This document shows positions 1-9,277 of a stretch of 35,327 nucleotides of DNA, one piece after another; the stretch's first letter is position 1, and each line of letters begins with the position of its first letter. This DNA is from an uncultured Rhizobiaceae bacterium (GTDB taxonomy: Bacteria; Pseudomonadota; Alphaproteobacteria; UBA2966; CAIVPW01), in the NCBI GenBank assembly GCA_964530575.1, contig CAZHAN010000001.1:1-35327 (forward strand), written 5' to 3'. Below the pieces are notes generated by a model. The model ran no database searches. It saw only the letters and a list, made by a program, of their open reading frames with translations, and was not told the origin of the DNA. The translations under genes were made by a program, and so were the position numbers.

Positions 1-409
1 CTAAAGACCCCCCAGCAAAATCAAAATTTTGGATTGTAACAACTGATTCAATATCTCCAATTGAGCCAACAGCAACTAAGGAGGCCTCTTTTTCACCAGT
101 TTTAGAACGATATTCCTTCAATCTATCACTGTATCGTTTAGAATCACGAAACTTTAGAGGATCTAAAACTACATCTGGAGTGTCAATATTGCTGTACTTG
201 CTGTTGTCAAAAAGACTAGAAAGTCTTTCACGGGTACTTATTCTCATATGGTGATCACAGTGTGGGCAAACATGTAGATTTGCCTTCAAATCCCGATGAA
301 AGATCATTTTCTCGCAACCGATGCATTTTACCCAAAGGTTGTCAGGTACATCTTTCTTGCGAACAAGATTTCTAATTTTAGGTCTAACGAAGCTTGTTAA
401 CCAGTTCAT
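1..409 (-). CDS. accD: acetyl-CoA carboxylase carboxyltransferase beta subunit, N-terminal part (continues beyond window start)
   Basis: Absent from the ORF track because it has no stop in the window. Reverse translation from the ATG at 409-407 gives MNWLTSFVRPKIRNLVRKKDVPDNLWVKCIGCEKMIFHRDLKANLHVCPHCDHHMRISTRERLSSLFDNSKYSNID. This contains the AccD N-terminal C-X2-C...C-X2-C zinc ribbon. It lies 7 nt downstream of the trpA frame stop. Confidence 0.9.
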   Translation of the reverse strand, partial: MNWLTSFVRPKIRNLVRKKDVPDNLWVKCIGCEKMIFHRDLKANLHVCPHCDHHMRISTRERLSSLFDNSKYSNIDTPDVVLDPLKFRDSKRYSDRLKEYRSKTGEKEASLVAVGSIGDIESVVTIQNFDFAGGSL

Positions 410-416
410 AATCCTA

Positions 417-647
417 TTATAGCTCCTGGGCCTTATTTTTTGCACTATTAATTCCAGAAGAAAGTTTTTTTGTTAATATACTTACTTCTTCTTCGATATT
501 AGCACCCGAAATTAGAGCTGATCCAATGCAATCTACAAATGCAGAGCCTACAACTGCTGCATCTGCAAATTCAGCAATGGCTCGAGCTTGTTCAGCTGTT
601 CTAATTCCAAAGCCTACTGCAATAGGAAGTTTAGTTTTAGAACGAAT
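417..647 (-). pseudogene. trpA: in-frame continuation of trpA beyond the internal TAG (76 sense codons, TAA at 417-419)
   Basis: Same frame as ORF 648..1262. Translation is IRSKTKLPIAVGFGIRTAEQARAIAEFADAAVVGSAFVDCIGSALISGANIEEEVSILTKKLSSGINSAKNKAQEL. It carries the TrpA GFGI and VVGSA phosphate-binding loops. Confidence 0.8.
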
Positions 648-1262
648 CTATTCAACAGATTTTTTTACTTTTTGGTTATCTGGCGTGCCTACTCCAGTTA
701 TGCCAGCCATGCTCACGTAATAAACAAATCCTGACGTATTTTCCAATACATTTGAAATTCTTTCACTGTCTGTAGTTGGCGTTGCTAGCCTAATAAAGCT
801 CATACCGATATTATTTGTTGGTATGCAGAGTTCCTCATCTTCTTCTGGGGGTAAATCGACAATTATTAAGCCATCACAACCCGATTTATATGCTTCATCT
901 AAAAAACGATCAACACCATAACTAAATATTGGATTGTAATAACCCATTAAAATAACTGGGGTTTTTTGATCATATTCACGAAAAGAACGAAGAAGTTTAA
1001 GGGTTTTAGCTAAGGTAGTGCCCGACTTTAATGCCCTTAAATTACCCTTCTGAATCGCTGGACCGTCTGCCATGGGATCGGTAAAGGGCATGCCAAGTTC
1101 GATAATATCTGCTCCTGAATCAACTAGTATTTTACAAATAGATAAGGAGGTTGTGAGATTAGGGTCTCCAGCAGTCACGAAGGTAATTAAACCAGTACGG
1201 TTCTGTGACTTTAGAGAGCTAAAGCAGTTATTAATCCTTTCTATTCCGCCATTCATAGTCAC
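648..1262 (-). CDS. trpA: tryptophan synthase alpha chain, N-terminal 204 codons ending at an in-frame TAG (648-650)
   Basis: Contains [10 protein letters not shown] and [17 protein letters not shown] motifs. The GTG at 1262 has GAGGA 6 nt upstream and overlaps the trpB stop by 1 nt; an alternative ATG lies at 1256. The ORF is about 75 aa shorter than a normal TrpA. Confidence 0.9.
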   Translation of the reverse strand: MTMNGGIERINNCFSSLKSQNRTGLITFVTAGDPNLTTSLSICKILVDSGADIIELGMPFTDPMADGPAIQKGNLRALKSGTTLAKTLKLLRSFREYDQKTPVILMGYYNPIFSYGVDRFLDEAYKSGCDGLIIVDLPPEEDEELCIPTNNIGMSFIRLATPTTDSERISNVLENTSGFVYYVSMAGITGVGTPDNQKVKKSVE

Positions 1263-2476
1263 TAGATTTCCTCACCAAGGGCATCTGCAACCGTAAATAT
1301 ATCTTTGTCTCCTCTTCCACATAAATTCATGAGGAGTAAGTGATCTTTAGGAAGTGTAGGTGCAATTTTTTTTACATAAGCTAATGCATGTGACGGCTCA
1401 AGTGCAGGTATAATTCCTTCAAGTTTGGCACATAATTGAAATGCTTCAAGAGCTTCATCATCGGTTACTGAAACATATTTAACTCTCCCAGTTTCATGTA
1501 GCCATGAATGTTCTGGACCAATTCCTGGATAATCAAGGCCAGCAGAAATTGAATGTGCATCTAATATTTGTCCATCATCATCCTGTAAAAGATATGTTCG
1601 ATTCCCGTGTAAGATTCCTGGACGGCCTGCATTTAAAGATGCAGCATGTTTTTTTGTATTAACTCCGTGTCCTGCTGCTTCAACTCCATAAATATCAATA
1701 TTAGGATCGTCTAAAAATTCATAAAATAATCCCATTGCATTTGATCCACCGCCAATACAAGCTACCAGAGAGTCTGGATCTTTTCCTTCTGCTTCAATCA
1801 TTTGAATCCGGGATTCTTTTCCAATAACCGATTGAAAATATCTAACCAATTCTGGGTATGGATGTGGTCCAGCAACAGTTCCAATGATATAAAATGTATC
1901 CTCAACATTTGTTACCCAGTCACGTAAAGCTTCGTTCATTGCATCTTTAAGAGTTTTTGATCCCGAGACCACTTCTTTGACTTCTGCTCCGAGCAATCTC
2001 ATTCTAAATACATTTGGTTGTTGTCGTTTAATATCTGTAGCACCCATATATATGGTACAAGGAAGTCCAAAAAGCGCAGCTACAGTAGCGGTGGCAACTC
2101 CGTGTTGACCGGCCCCAGTTTCAGCAATTATTCGTTTCCTGCCCATCCGCCTTGCAAGGAGTATTTGACCAATGCAGTTGTTAATTTTATGTGCACCTGT
2201 GTGATTTAATTCATCACGTTTAAAATAAATTTTTGCACCACCAAAATGCTCTGTAAGTCTGGGCGCAAAATAAAGTGGACTTGGCCTTCCGACATAATGC
2301 TTGAAGTAGTAATCTAAATCCCTTGAGAATGAAGAATCTTCTTTTGCTTTATTGAATTCTTTTTCAAGGTTAAGAATTAGTGGCATTAAAGTTTCAGCAA
2401 CAAAACGACCACCAAAATTACCAAAATGACCATGTTTGTCAGGTCCGGTACGGTAACTATTTAGGTTGATATTCAT
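1262..2476 (-). CDS. trpB: tryptophan synthase beta chain
   Basis: 404 aa with the PLP-lysine motif [11 protein letters not shown] and GGGSNAMG. Its start overlaps the trpF stop (ATGA). Stop codon is TAG. Confidence 0.97.
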   Translation of the reverse strand: MNINLNSYRTGPDKHGHFGNFGGRFVAETLMPLILNLEKEFNKAKEDSSFSRDLDYYFKHYVGRPSPLYFAPRLTEHFGGAKIYFKRDELNHTGAHKINNCIGQILLARRMGRKRIIAETGAGQHGVATATVAALFGLPCTIYMGATDIKRQQPNVFRMRLLGAEVKEVVSGSKTLKDAMNEALRDWVTNVEDTFYIIGTVAGPHPYPELVRYFQSVIGKESRIQMIEAEGKDPDSLVACIGGGSNAMGLFYEFLDDPNIDIYGVEAAGHGVNTKKHAASLNAGRPGILHGNRTYLLQDDDGQILDAHSISAGLDYPGIGPEHSWLHETGRVKYVSVTDDEALEAFQLCAKLEGIIPALEPSHALAYVKKIAPTLPKDHLLLMNLCGRGDKDIFTVADALGEEI

Positions 2477-3132
2477 AGTTTCCTCAATTGGTAATGTGCT
2501 TTTGTAAGAAAATTTCTAATTTTTTTCTCATTTTTATAACCTGGCTTATCTTCAACGCCAGAAGAAACATCAACATTCTTTGTATTAGTTATAGTGATCG
2601 CTTCAGCTATATTTTTTTCATTTAGACCACCTGAAAGTATCCAAGGAAAATCGAAAGACCTATTAGCTAAAATATTCCAATCAAAAGAAAGGGCGTTTCC
2701 TCCAGGTAGAGAATCTACACTATTTTTATTTGGTTTTGCATCCAACAGCAACCAATCAGCAATATTTTTGAATTTTTCCATTAGAAGAAGGTCCTTATCA
2801 CCTTCAATTTGAACAGCTTTTATTATTGGTAGTCCTAATAAGGAGCGGACTTCGGATACTCGTTCGGGACTTTCAGATCCATGTAGTTGAATCATTGAAA
2901 GGGTTACTGATTTATTAACTAACTTCAATTCTTCATCTGATGGGTTAACGAATACTCCTACTTTGTCAATATGGTTGGGTGTTCGATTAGAAAGCAACTT
3001 TGCTTTTTCGTGTGAAATATTTCTTGGAGAGGGTTCATAGAACACAAACCCAACAAATGATGCCCCACCCTCAACAGCAGAATCAACGGCTTTCAAAGAA
3101 TTGATCCCACAAATCTTTACTTTTACTTCCAC
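2473..3132 (-). CDS. trpF: phosphoribosylanthranilate isomerase
   Basis: 219 aa with KICGI near the N-terminus and QLHG. GTG start. Position is immediately upstream of trpB. Confidence 0.9.
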   Translation of the reverse strand: MEVKVKICGINSLKAVDSAVEGGASFVGFVFYEPSPRNISHEKAKLLSNRTPNHIDKVGVFVNPSDEELKLVNKSVTLSMIQLHGSESPERVSEVRSLLGLPIIKAVQIEGDKDLLLMEKFKNIADWLLLDAKPNKNSVDSLPGGNALSFDWNILANRSFDFPWILSGGLNEKNIAEAITITNTKNVDVSSGVEDKPGYKNEKKIRNFLTKAHYQLRKL

Positions 3133-3138
3133 AGAAAA

Positions 3139-3846
3139 TTAGAATAGTTCCGCAACAATATTCTCTGCTGCTTTTCGTGGGTTTGATGAATTGGTTATAG
3201 GTCTGCCTATCACAAGTCTATTAGCTCCTGATTTTAGGGCTTCTTGAGGAGTGCTTGTCCTTTTCTGATCATCTGCATTGAATCCTAAAGGACGAATTCC
3301 AGGTACTACTAGCATAAAATTATTACCCATATTATCTCTGAGCGCACTTATTTCTCTGGGTGAGCAAACGACACCATCACACCCAGCCTTCTGTGCAAGA
3401 GATGCCAAGCGAAGTGCTTGCTCAGTTGGAGTGGAGGAAATCCCAATATTTTTTAAGTCATTATTATCAAGGCTTGTGAGTACAGTTACAGCTAATATTT
3501 TAGGTGGATTTTCAAATTCCCTAGAGGCCTCTACTGCAGAAACAAGCATCTCTTCCCCACCATTTGCATGAACAGTAATAAGATCAACTCCTAAAGACGC
3601 AGCGTTTCTGACTGCAGCAGCAACTGTATTAGGAATATCATGAAATTTTAAATCTAAAAAAATTGGAAGTCCACTTTCAGCAAAATCACTAACTATTTGT
3701 ATTCCGTGTTTTGTTATTATTTCTAAGCCTAATTTAATACCTCCAACAGTATTAGAAAGTTGTGATACTAATTTCTTTGCAACTAGCAGATCAGTAGTAT
3801 CTAGAGCACAAATAATCGGGTTAAGTATATTTTTATTAATATTCAT
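3139..3846 (-). CDS. pyrF: orotidine 5'-phosphate decarboxylase
   Basis: 235 aa with IICALDT and FLDLKFHDIPNTV catalytic motifs. Confidence 0.93.
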   Translation of the reverse strand: MNINKNILNPIICALDTTDLLVAKKLVSQLSNTVGGIKLGLEIITKHGIQIVSDFAESGLPIFLDLKFHDIPNTVAAAVRNAASLGVDLITVHANGGEEMLVSAVEASREFENPPKILAVTVLTSLDNNDLKNIGISSTPTEQALRLASLAQKAGCDGVVCSPREISALRDNMGNNFMLVVPGIRPLGFNADDQKRTSTPQEALKSGANRLVIGRPITNSSNPRKAAENIVAELF

Positions 3847-4179
3847 TTAAAACCAAGATTTTTTGTTGTTGGATTGATTGTTATAATTCAGATGTGATCC
3901 TTTAGGTCGTGCATTTTCAAGATCACGTTCAAGATTTCTAATACGTCGATTGAAACCCCTAGCTTTACGACGCCATCTGCCTTGACCAAGCCATGTGGAT
4001 ATTCCTCCTACTACCAGTCCTATAAAAATACCAACAAGAAGAGTCGCATATAAAGGAATTGTAAGTTCAAAAGCGAAAGGCTCTAGACTAAGGGTTATGG
4101 GTTGGCTATTAGCAACTCCAAAGATTGCTACCAGTACAGCTAAAGGTGAAACAATCAACCAAAAAAAGAATTTCATCAT
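3847..4179 (-). CDS. LapA/DUF1049-like small inner-membrane protein
   Basis: 110 aa with two predicted TM helices followed by a basic coiled tail (RWRRKARGFNRRIRNLERDLE). Its stop abuts the pyrF ATG. Confidence 0.7.
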   Translation of the reverse strand: MMKFFFWLIVSPLAVLVAIFGVANSQPITLSLEPFAFELTIPLYATLLVGIFIGLVVGGISTWLGQGRWRRKARGFNRRIRNLERDLENARPKGSHLNYNNQSNNKKSWF

Positions 4180-4216
4180 TTCATTGGGATCAGAGCACCC
4201 AAGTTAACGGAGAGAT

Positions 4217-4519
4217 TTAGTCTTTGGTTGAAGATGTGGTTGCTCCGTTAAGACGCTGCCTAAGCTCCTTGCCAGTTTTGAAGAAGGGGACTGACTTTTC
4301 GGGGACATGAACAGACTCACCCGTCCGAGGGTTGCGAGCCATCCTTTCGCTTCTACGCTTAACTGAATAGGCCCCAAAGCCACGGAGTTCTACACGGTCA
4401 CCGCGTGAGAGTGCAGCTGAGATTTCTTCGAATATTGCACTAACTATTCTCTCAATATCCCGCTGGTAAAGATGCGGGTTGAGTTCTGCCATTTTTGCAA
4501 TCAGCTCTGATTTTACCAT
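4217..4519 (-). CDS. ihfB: integration host factor beta subunit
   Basis: Translation is [12 protein letters not shown]...[42 protein letters not shown], an HU/IHF fold. I prefer the ATG at 4519 over the upstream TTG at 4525. Confidence 0.93.
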   Translation of the reverse strand: MVKSELIAKMAELNPHLYQRDIERIVSAIFEEISAALSRGDRVELRGFGAYSVKRRSERMARNPRTGESVHVPEKSVPFFKTGKELRQRLNGATTSSTKD

Positions 4520-4647
4520 GCTCAATACTCTGCTTGAGAGTTAATAAGACTAAAATTAACAGAATTTAGGGTGCCAGAGAGTGATTAGACAGTCAAGTAT
4601 CTCGGCTATTAACTCATTGAAATATTTGATCAACCTTATGAAATGTG

Positions 4648-4674
4648 GGAATTCTTGTAATCTATTCGAATTCC
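4648..4674 (-). terminator. hairpin immediately after the rpsA stop (GGAATTC-N13-GAATTCC)
   Basis: 7-bp perfect stem at 4648-4654 / 4668-4674 with a 13-nt loop. There is no clear U-tract on the minus strand, so any terminator function is weak or uncertain. Confidence 0.25.
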
Positions 4675-6455
4675 TATTCTTTATTAGAGTCATCATCCTG
4701 GGGAGAATCATCTTTATTAGAGTCATCATCCTGGGGAGAATCCTGAATGTCGTTTGCATCGTCTTTAGCTTTAATTGCCGCGCCAAGAATATCCCCAAGG
4801 CTGGCTCCAGAATCAGAAGACCCGAATTGTTCCATGGCCTCAAGCTCTTCTGATAGCTCTAGGGCCTTTATAGAAAGGCCTATTTTAGTTCCTGTTGAAT
4901 CTACGCTTGTTACTTTTGCATCAATTTTTTCACCAATTGCAAATCTGTCTGTACGTTGCTCAGATTTATCTCGGGCTAAATCTGCCTTTTTAATATACCC
5001 TTTTCTATTTTCAAAACTTACATCAATTCCGCGAGCTTTAATTTCTGTAATAGTACATGTTACCGTGTCACCTTTAGTAATTTTTTTAACGTCTTCATTT
5101 GGGTCTGCAGTAAGTTGTTTAATGCCCAAACTAACCCGTTCTTTCTCAACATCTATTTCAAGAACGGTTGCCTCAACATTATCACCTTTATTGTAATTTT
5201 TAATTGCTTCATCTCCCGAAGAATGCCAGGAAATATCTGTAAGGTGAACCATGCCATCAACATCATTTTCAAGACCAATGAACAGGCCAAATTCAGTTAT
5301 ACTTTTTATTTCTCCTGAAATGACTGAGCCTTGCTTGTGAGAAGATGCGAATGTTTCCCATGGATTATCAGTGCACTGTTTAATTCCAAGGCTAATTCTT
5401 CTTCTATCTCCATCAACCTCTAAGACCATTACTTCTATCTCTTGACTGGTCGAAACAATTTTGCCCGGGTGAACATTTTTCTTTGTCCAACTCATTTCAG
5501 ATACATGGACTAAACCTTCTACTCCTGGCTCTAATTCAACAAAGGCCCCGTAGTCCGTAATATTTGTAACCCGGCCTTTAAATTTCAATCCCACAGGGCA
5601 TTTTTTATCGACTTCTTCCCAAGGATCAGTTTCGAGCTGTTTCATTCCAAGACTGATTCGTTGTGTTTCTGAATTAATTCGAATCACTTGGACTTTTATA
5701 GAATCACCGATGGATACCGCTTCACTAGGATGATTAATCCTTTTCCATGCCATGTCAGTTACATGTAGTAAGCCATCAATTCCGCCTAAATCTACAAAAG
5801 CTCCATAATCTGTAACATTTTTAACAACGCCTTCTAGGACTTGACCATCAGTTAAGTTTGCAATGAGCTTTTCCCTAGCTGTAGCCCGAGTTTCTTCCAA
5901 TACTGCCCTACGTGAAACTACAATATTGCCCCGTCTTCTATCCATTTTGAGAATTTGGAACCATTGATCTGAGCCCATTAAGTGGCCAAGATCTCTGACA
6001 GGCCTCACATCTATCTGGCTACCTGGTAGAAAAGCAGTTGCTCCAGAGAGATCAACTGTGAATCCACCTTTGACTCGCCCAAAGATTGATCCTGAAACTC
6101 TTTGATTATCCTTGAATGATTTTTCTAATTCTACCCAAGACTCTTCTCTGCGTGCTTTTTCCCTACTAAGAACCGCCTCGCCTTGAGAGTTTTCCATTCT
6201 CTCAAGAAATACATCGACAGAATCCCCTAGTTTAAGTTCGTTGGGTTTTCCTCGTTCAAAAAATTCTTTTAAAGGAACACGACCTTCTGACTTGAGTCCA
6301 ACATCAACAACAGCTGAATCATTTTCTATTGCAACTATTTTTCCAGTAATTACAGTGCCTTCTAGACCATCATTATTTTTGTAGGCCTCTTCTAGGAGCT
6401 GTGCAAAATTTTCTATTTGGCCACTTTGGCTTGTGCTTGTTGTTTCAGTTGTCAT
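4674..6455 (-). CDS. rpsA: 30S ribosomal protein S1
   Basis: 593 aa with six S1 (OB-fold) repeats, for example GVVKNVTDYGAFVDLGG and GRVTNITDYGAFVELEPG. It has an acidic C-terminal extension and a TAG stop. Confidence 0.97.
   Translation of the reverse strand: MTTETTSTSQSGQIENFAQLLEEAYKNNDGLEGTVITGKIVAIENDSAVVDVGLKSEGRVPLKEFFERGKPNELKLGDSVDVFLERMENSQGEAVLSREKARREESWVELEKSFKDNQRVSGSIFGRVKGGFTVDLSGATAFLPGSQIDVRPVRDLGHLMGSDQWFQILKMDRRRGNIVVSRRAVLEETRATAREKLIANLTDGQVLEGVVKNVTDYGAFVDLGGIDGLLHVTDMAWKRINHPSEAVSIGDSIKVQVIRINSETQRISLGMKQLETDPWEEVDKKCPVGLKFKGRVTNITDYGAFVELEPGVEGLVHVSEMSWTKKNVHPGKIVSTSQEIEVMVLEVDGDRRRISLGIKQCTDNPWETFASSHKQGSVISGEIKSITEFGLFIGLENDVDGMVHLTDISWHSSGDEAIKNYNKGDNVEATVLEIDVEKERVSLGIKQLTADPNEDVKKITKGDTVTCTITEIKARGIDVSFENRKGYIKKADLARDKSEQRTDRFAIGEKIDAKVTSVDSTGTKIGLSIKALELSEELEAMEQFGSSDSGASLGDILGAAIKAKDDANDIQDSPQDDDSNKDDSPQDDDSNKE
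4678..4742. repeat. perfect tandem duplication of a 33-bp unit inside the rpsA 3' end
   Basis: tctttattagagtcatcatcctggggagaatca occurs at 4678-4710 and again at 4711-4742 (identical for 32 nt). It encodes DSPQDDDSNKD twice. Confidence 0.95.
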
Positions 6456-6579
6456 ACTTTAGTCTTTATTTCCCTCTAAAAAATTTATTATGGCCTAGAA
6501 TACTAACTTAAGTAAAATCCCCAGTCTAAATCAGATTTAAGCAAGAGACGTCAGTTTCTAGAGTTAAATACCTAATATA

Positions 6580-7212
6580 TTAACTAGTACTAGAAATATA
6601 GGACTTAACTGCAGTGAAAGCAGCGTCTATACCTAAATCTGTGGTGTCTATCAAGTAGGAGTCTTTAGCTGGGGCCAAAGGAGAGACAGTTCTTTGGATA
6701 TCTTGGAGGTCTCTTTCTCTCATTGAATTAAGGATTGATGCATAATTTGAAGGATTTCCGCTAGCTAATAACTCCTTCCAGCGCCTTGTGGCCCGGGCTT
6801 CCTCGGAGGCAGTAATAAAAAATTTATAATCCGCATTTGGTAAAACTACTGAGCCAATATCTCTGCCATCAACCACCGCCCCTACAGTATCATTTGGAGG
6901 GAAATGGGCAAATTTCTTTTGAAATTCTAATAGAGCACTTCTAACTTTAGGCATTTTTGCTATTTGAGAAGCGAGTTGACCAATATTTTCATTTCTTAGC
7001 ATGGGGTTTTCAAGATCTTTTAGGCTAAGTTGAGTAGCAAGACTAAAGACTTCTGCCTCATTTTGTTGGTTAGCCTTGAGATTGGCCACTGAAAGAGCAA
7101 CGGCTCTGTAAAGTGAACCTGTATCAAGATACGCAAGGTTGTAATATTTAGCCAGAAGCCGGCCTATTGTGCCCTTGCCCGCAGCAGCTGGGCCATCAAT
7201 AGCAATAATCAT
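6580..7212 (-). CDS. cmk: (d)CMP kinase
   Basis: 210 aa with P-loop IAIDGPAAAGKGT. ATGA overlap with the aroA stop. Confidence 0.93.
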   Translation of the reverse strand: MIIAIDGPAAAGKGTIGRLLAKYYNLAYLDTGSLYRAVALSVANLKANQQNEAEVFSLATQLSLKDLENPMLRNENIGQLASQIAKMPKVRSALLEFQKKFAHFPPNDTVGAVVDGRDIGSVVLPNADYKFFITASEEARATRRWKELLASGNPSNYASILNSMRERDLQDIQRTVSPLAPAKDSYLIDTTDLGIDAAFTAVKSYISSTS

Positions 7213-8534
7213 GTTCTTGAAACGTTAGCGCCAAGTTTGGCAAGGAGATCAAAAAAATTAGGGAAGCTTGTTTCTATCGATTCAGTTCCTTTAACCAATA
7301 CCTGTCTAAGAGAGATCAACCCTAGAACTATTCCTGACATGGCAATTCTATGGTCGTGGGGAGCAAGGATTGTTCCTCCTCCATTAATTAACCCACCCTT
7401 ACCTTTAATTGTTAAAGAATTTTCCTCTATTTGGCTTTTCACTCCACAGTCACCTAGCATTTTCTTTATAGCGGTTAATCGGTTACTTTCTTTTACCTTT
7501 AGCTCTTCAAGGCCTTCTAAGCGTGTTTCTCCGCTAGCAAAGGCTGCTGCAACCGACAAAATGGGGTATTCATCTATCATTCTGGGTGCATAAGCAGCAT
7601 TTACCGCTGTTCCATGCAAATTTGAACTGCTTGCAGTTATATCGGCGATTGGTTCACCAGATTCGCTTGTATAATTTTCAATTGTAAGATTACCCCCCAT
7701 TTCTGTGAGGACATCGTAGAGTCCAGTTCTAAAATGGTTCACCCCCACCTTCCTGACTGTAATTTTGGAATTAGGGGTGATCAAAGCAGCAACTATTAAA
7801 AATGCAGCTGAAGATGGGTCACCAGGCACGTCTATCTTAGTTTGTTTAAGTTCAGGTTCACCAATAATTTTAATTTCATTATGTCCATTCTCATTGATTT
7901 TAGTGGAAATATTTGCTCCAAATCTTTTAAGCAATTGCTCAGTATAGTCTCGAGTAGGGATAGGCTCGATAATTGTTGATTCACCTTTTGCTCCCAGTGC
8001 ACTTAGAAGTATAGCTGATTTTACTTGTGCCGAGGGCAAAGGCATCTCATACCTGATAGGCATTAGAGGCTCTGCGCCGGTTACAACTATTGGTAATTGG
8101 GCTCTTCCAGTACTTTTGAAAGTGGCACCCATCAATGATAGTGGCTCGATGATTCTTGCCATTGGACGACTTATGAGTGAGTTATCACCAGTGAAAAAGG
8201 TTGTAAAAGATTGAGTAGCGGCTAGGCCCATTATAAGCCTAACTCCTGTACCTGAATTGCCCAGATTTAGGACATTTTTTGGTTGATGTAAGCCTCCTAA
8301 ACCAACCCCTTTAACTCGCCAACTATTATCTTTGTTTTGGTATATTGTAGCCCCAAACTCCTTGAGGGCATTAATGGTGCTAGCAATATCATTACTTTCT
8401 AGCAAGCCTCGAATGTGGGTTGTGCCTGCTGTCCATGCTCCCAGCATAAGTGCCCTATGGGAGATAGATTTATCACCTGGCACGTGAATATTTCCATGTA
8501 TACGTTTTGTGGTCGAAGCTATAATTTGTTTCAA
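7209..8534 (-). CDS. aroA: 3-phosphoshikimate 1-carboxyvinyltransferase (EPSP synthase)
   Basis: 441 aa with HVPGDKSISHR, LGNSGTGVRL and KESNRL motifs. TTG start with GAGG upstream. Confidence 0.95.
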   Translation of the reverse strand: MKQIIASTTKRIHGNIHVPGDKSISHRALMLGAWTAGTTHIRGLLESNDIASTINALKEFGATIYQNKDNSWRVKGVGLGGLHQPKNVLNLGNSGTGVRLIMGLAATQSFTTFFTGDNSLISRPMARIIEPLSLMGATFKSTGRAQLPIVVTGAEPLMPIRYEMPLPSAQVKSAILLSALGAKGESTIIEPIPTRDYTEQLLKRFGANISTKINENGHNEIKIIGEPELKQTKIDVPGDPSSAAFLIVAALITPNSKITVRKVGVNHFRTGLYDVLTEMGGNLTIENYTSESGEPIADITASSSNLHGTAVNAAYAPRMIDEYPILSVAAAFASGETRLEGLEELKVKESNRLTAIKKMLGDCGVKSQIEENSLTIKGKGGLINGGGTILAPHDHRIAMSGIVLGLISLRQVLVKGTESIETSFPNFFDLLAKLGANVSRT

Positions 8535-8691
8535 AAGAAAGCCTCAAAATGTAGGATAACTGTTACTTTTCTATCATATCACTTCCGGTAGGCCAACATT
8601 AGCTCTAAAGTAATTTGAGTTTTCCCTTTGACAGTTGTCTCTGATTCTGGCAATGGATCGCCCGGATTTGTTCTGCTTTAGGAGGTTGTTT

Positions 8692-8964
8692 GTGTCAAAG
8701 ATATGGGGAAATAAACACGAATGCCAAAGTTGTGGAGTGCGCTTTTATGACCTTGGTAAGCTTTCTGCAGTATGTCCGCAATGTGGAACTGCAGTTAAGA
8801 TACAAGTTAAATCTAGAATTATAACTACTGAAAATCAGCCATCTAATCCTAATACTGAAAAAACTCAATCTAAGGACTCAGATAAAAAAACTGATGATAT
8901 AGATGTGCTTGAGGGCGAAGACGAAGACGAAGATGACGATGACGAGTTTGAGGATGTAAATTAA
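8692..8964 (+). CDS. TIGR02300-type (FYDLN_acid) zinc-ribbon protein with polyacidic tail
   Basis: Contains CQSCGVRFYDLGK...CPQCG and a tail EGEDEDEDDDDEFEDVN. The GTG at 8692 has GGAGG 7 nt upstream; the upstream part of the track ORF (8635-8691) is probably untranslated. Confidence 0.8.
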   Translation: MSKIWGNKHECQSCGVRFYDLGKLSAVCPQCGTAVKIQVKSRIITTENQPSNPNTEKTQSKDSDKKTDDIDVLEGEDEDEDDDDEFEDVN

Positions 8965-9077
8965 AGTTTTCCTGAAGAAGATTAATGAGTTGATATTTCC
9001 AAGGAAGGTATCATTAACAATTGTTAGTTTTATAGAGTTTATATAGTTGAATAATTAATTTGTTATTTAGATTGAAA

Positions 9078-9153
<76 letters not shown>

Positions 9154-9157
9154 TTTA

Positions 9158-9191
9158 AGGGCCCGGTATATTTCCGGGCCCTGTTTATTTT
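9158..9191 (+). terminator. rho-independent terminator after tRNA-Ala
   Basis: GC-rich 8-bp stem GGGCCCGG/CCGGGCCC (9159-9166 / 9174-9181) with a 7-nt loop, followed by TGTTTATTTT. Confidence 0.8.
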
Positions 9192-9277
9192 AGTATTTAA
9201 TGCGTTTGAAATAATAATAATACAAGAATACAGGTTATATGATTTTCAATTAATCCATATCATTTATCTGGAGAAAA

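Noticed and set aside
526-720. 64-aa + strand ORF overlapping the trpA break point
   Set aside because: It is antisense to the in-frame trpA continuation, whose translation carries clear TrpA motifs. This is a shadow ORF with no SD and low-complexity Ala/Thr content.
4556-4853. Two overlapping ORFs (95 aa on the - strand, 90 aa on the + strand) in the ihfB-rpsA spacer and rpsA 3' end, with internally repeated peptides
   Set aside because: The repeated peptides (ILPRMMTLIK x2, FIRVIILGRI x2) are out-of-frame or antisense readings of the 33-bp rpsA tandem duplication. Both ORFs overlap the genuine rpsA frame.
4747-5196. 149-aa antisense ORF inside rpsA; similar cases at 7237..7593 inside aroA and 12071..12346 inside lptB
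   Set aside because: These are typical antisense shadow ORFs opposite strongly supported genes. They are Ser/Pro/Ala-rich with no start context.
8628-8661. Perfect TTGACA (8628-8633) and a sigma-54-like TGGCA-N5-TCGC (8648-8661) upstream of the zinc-ribbon gene
   Set aside because: TTGACA has no acceptable -10 at 16-18 nt (CAATGG). The GG/GC spacing of the sigma-54-like element is one nucleotide short of the -24/-12 consensus and the -12 TTGC is missing.
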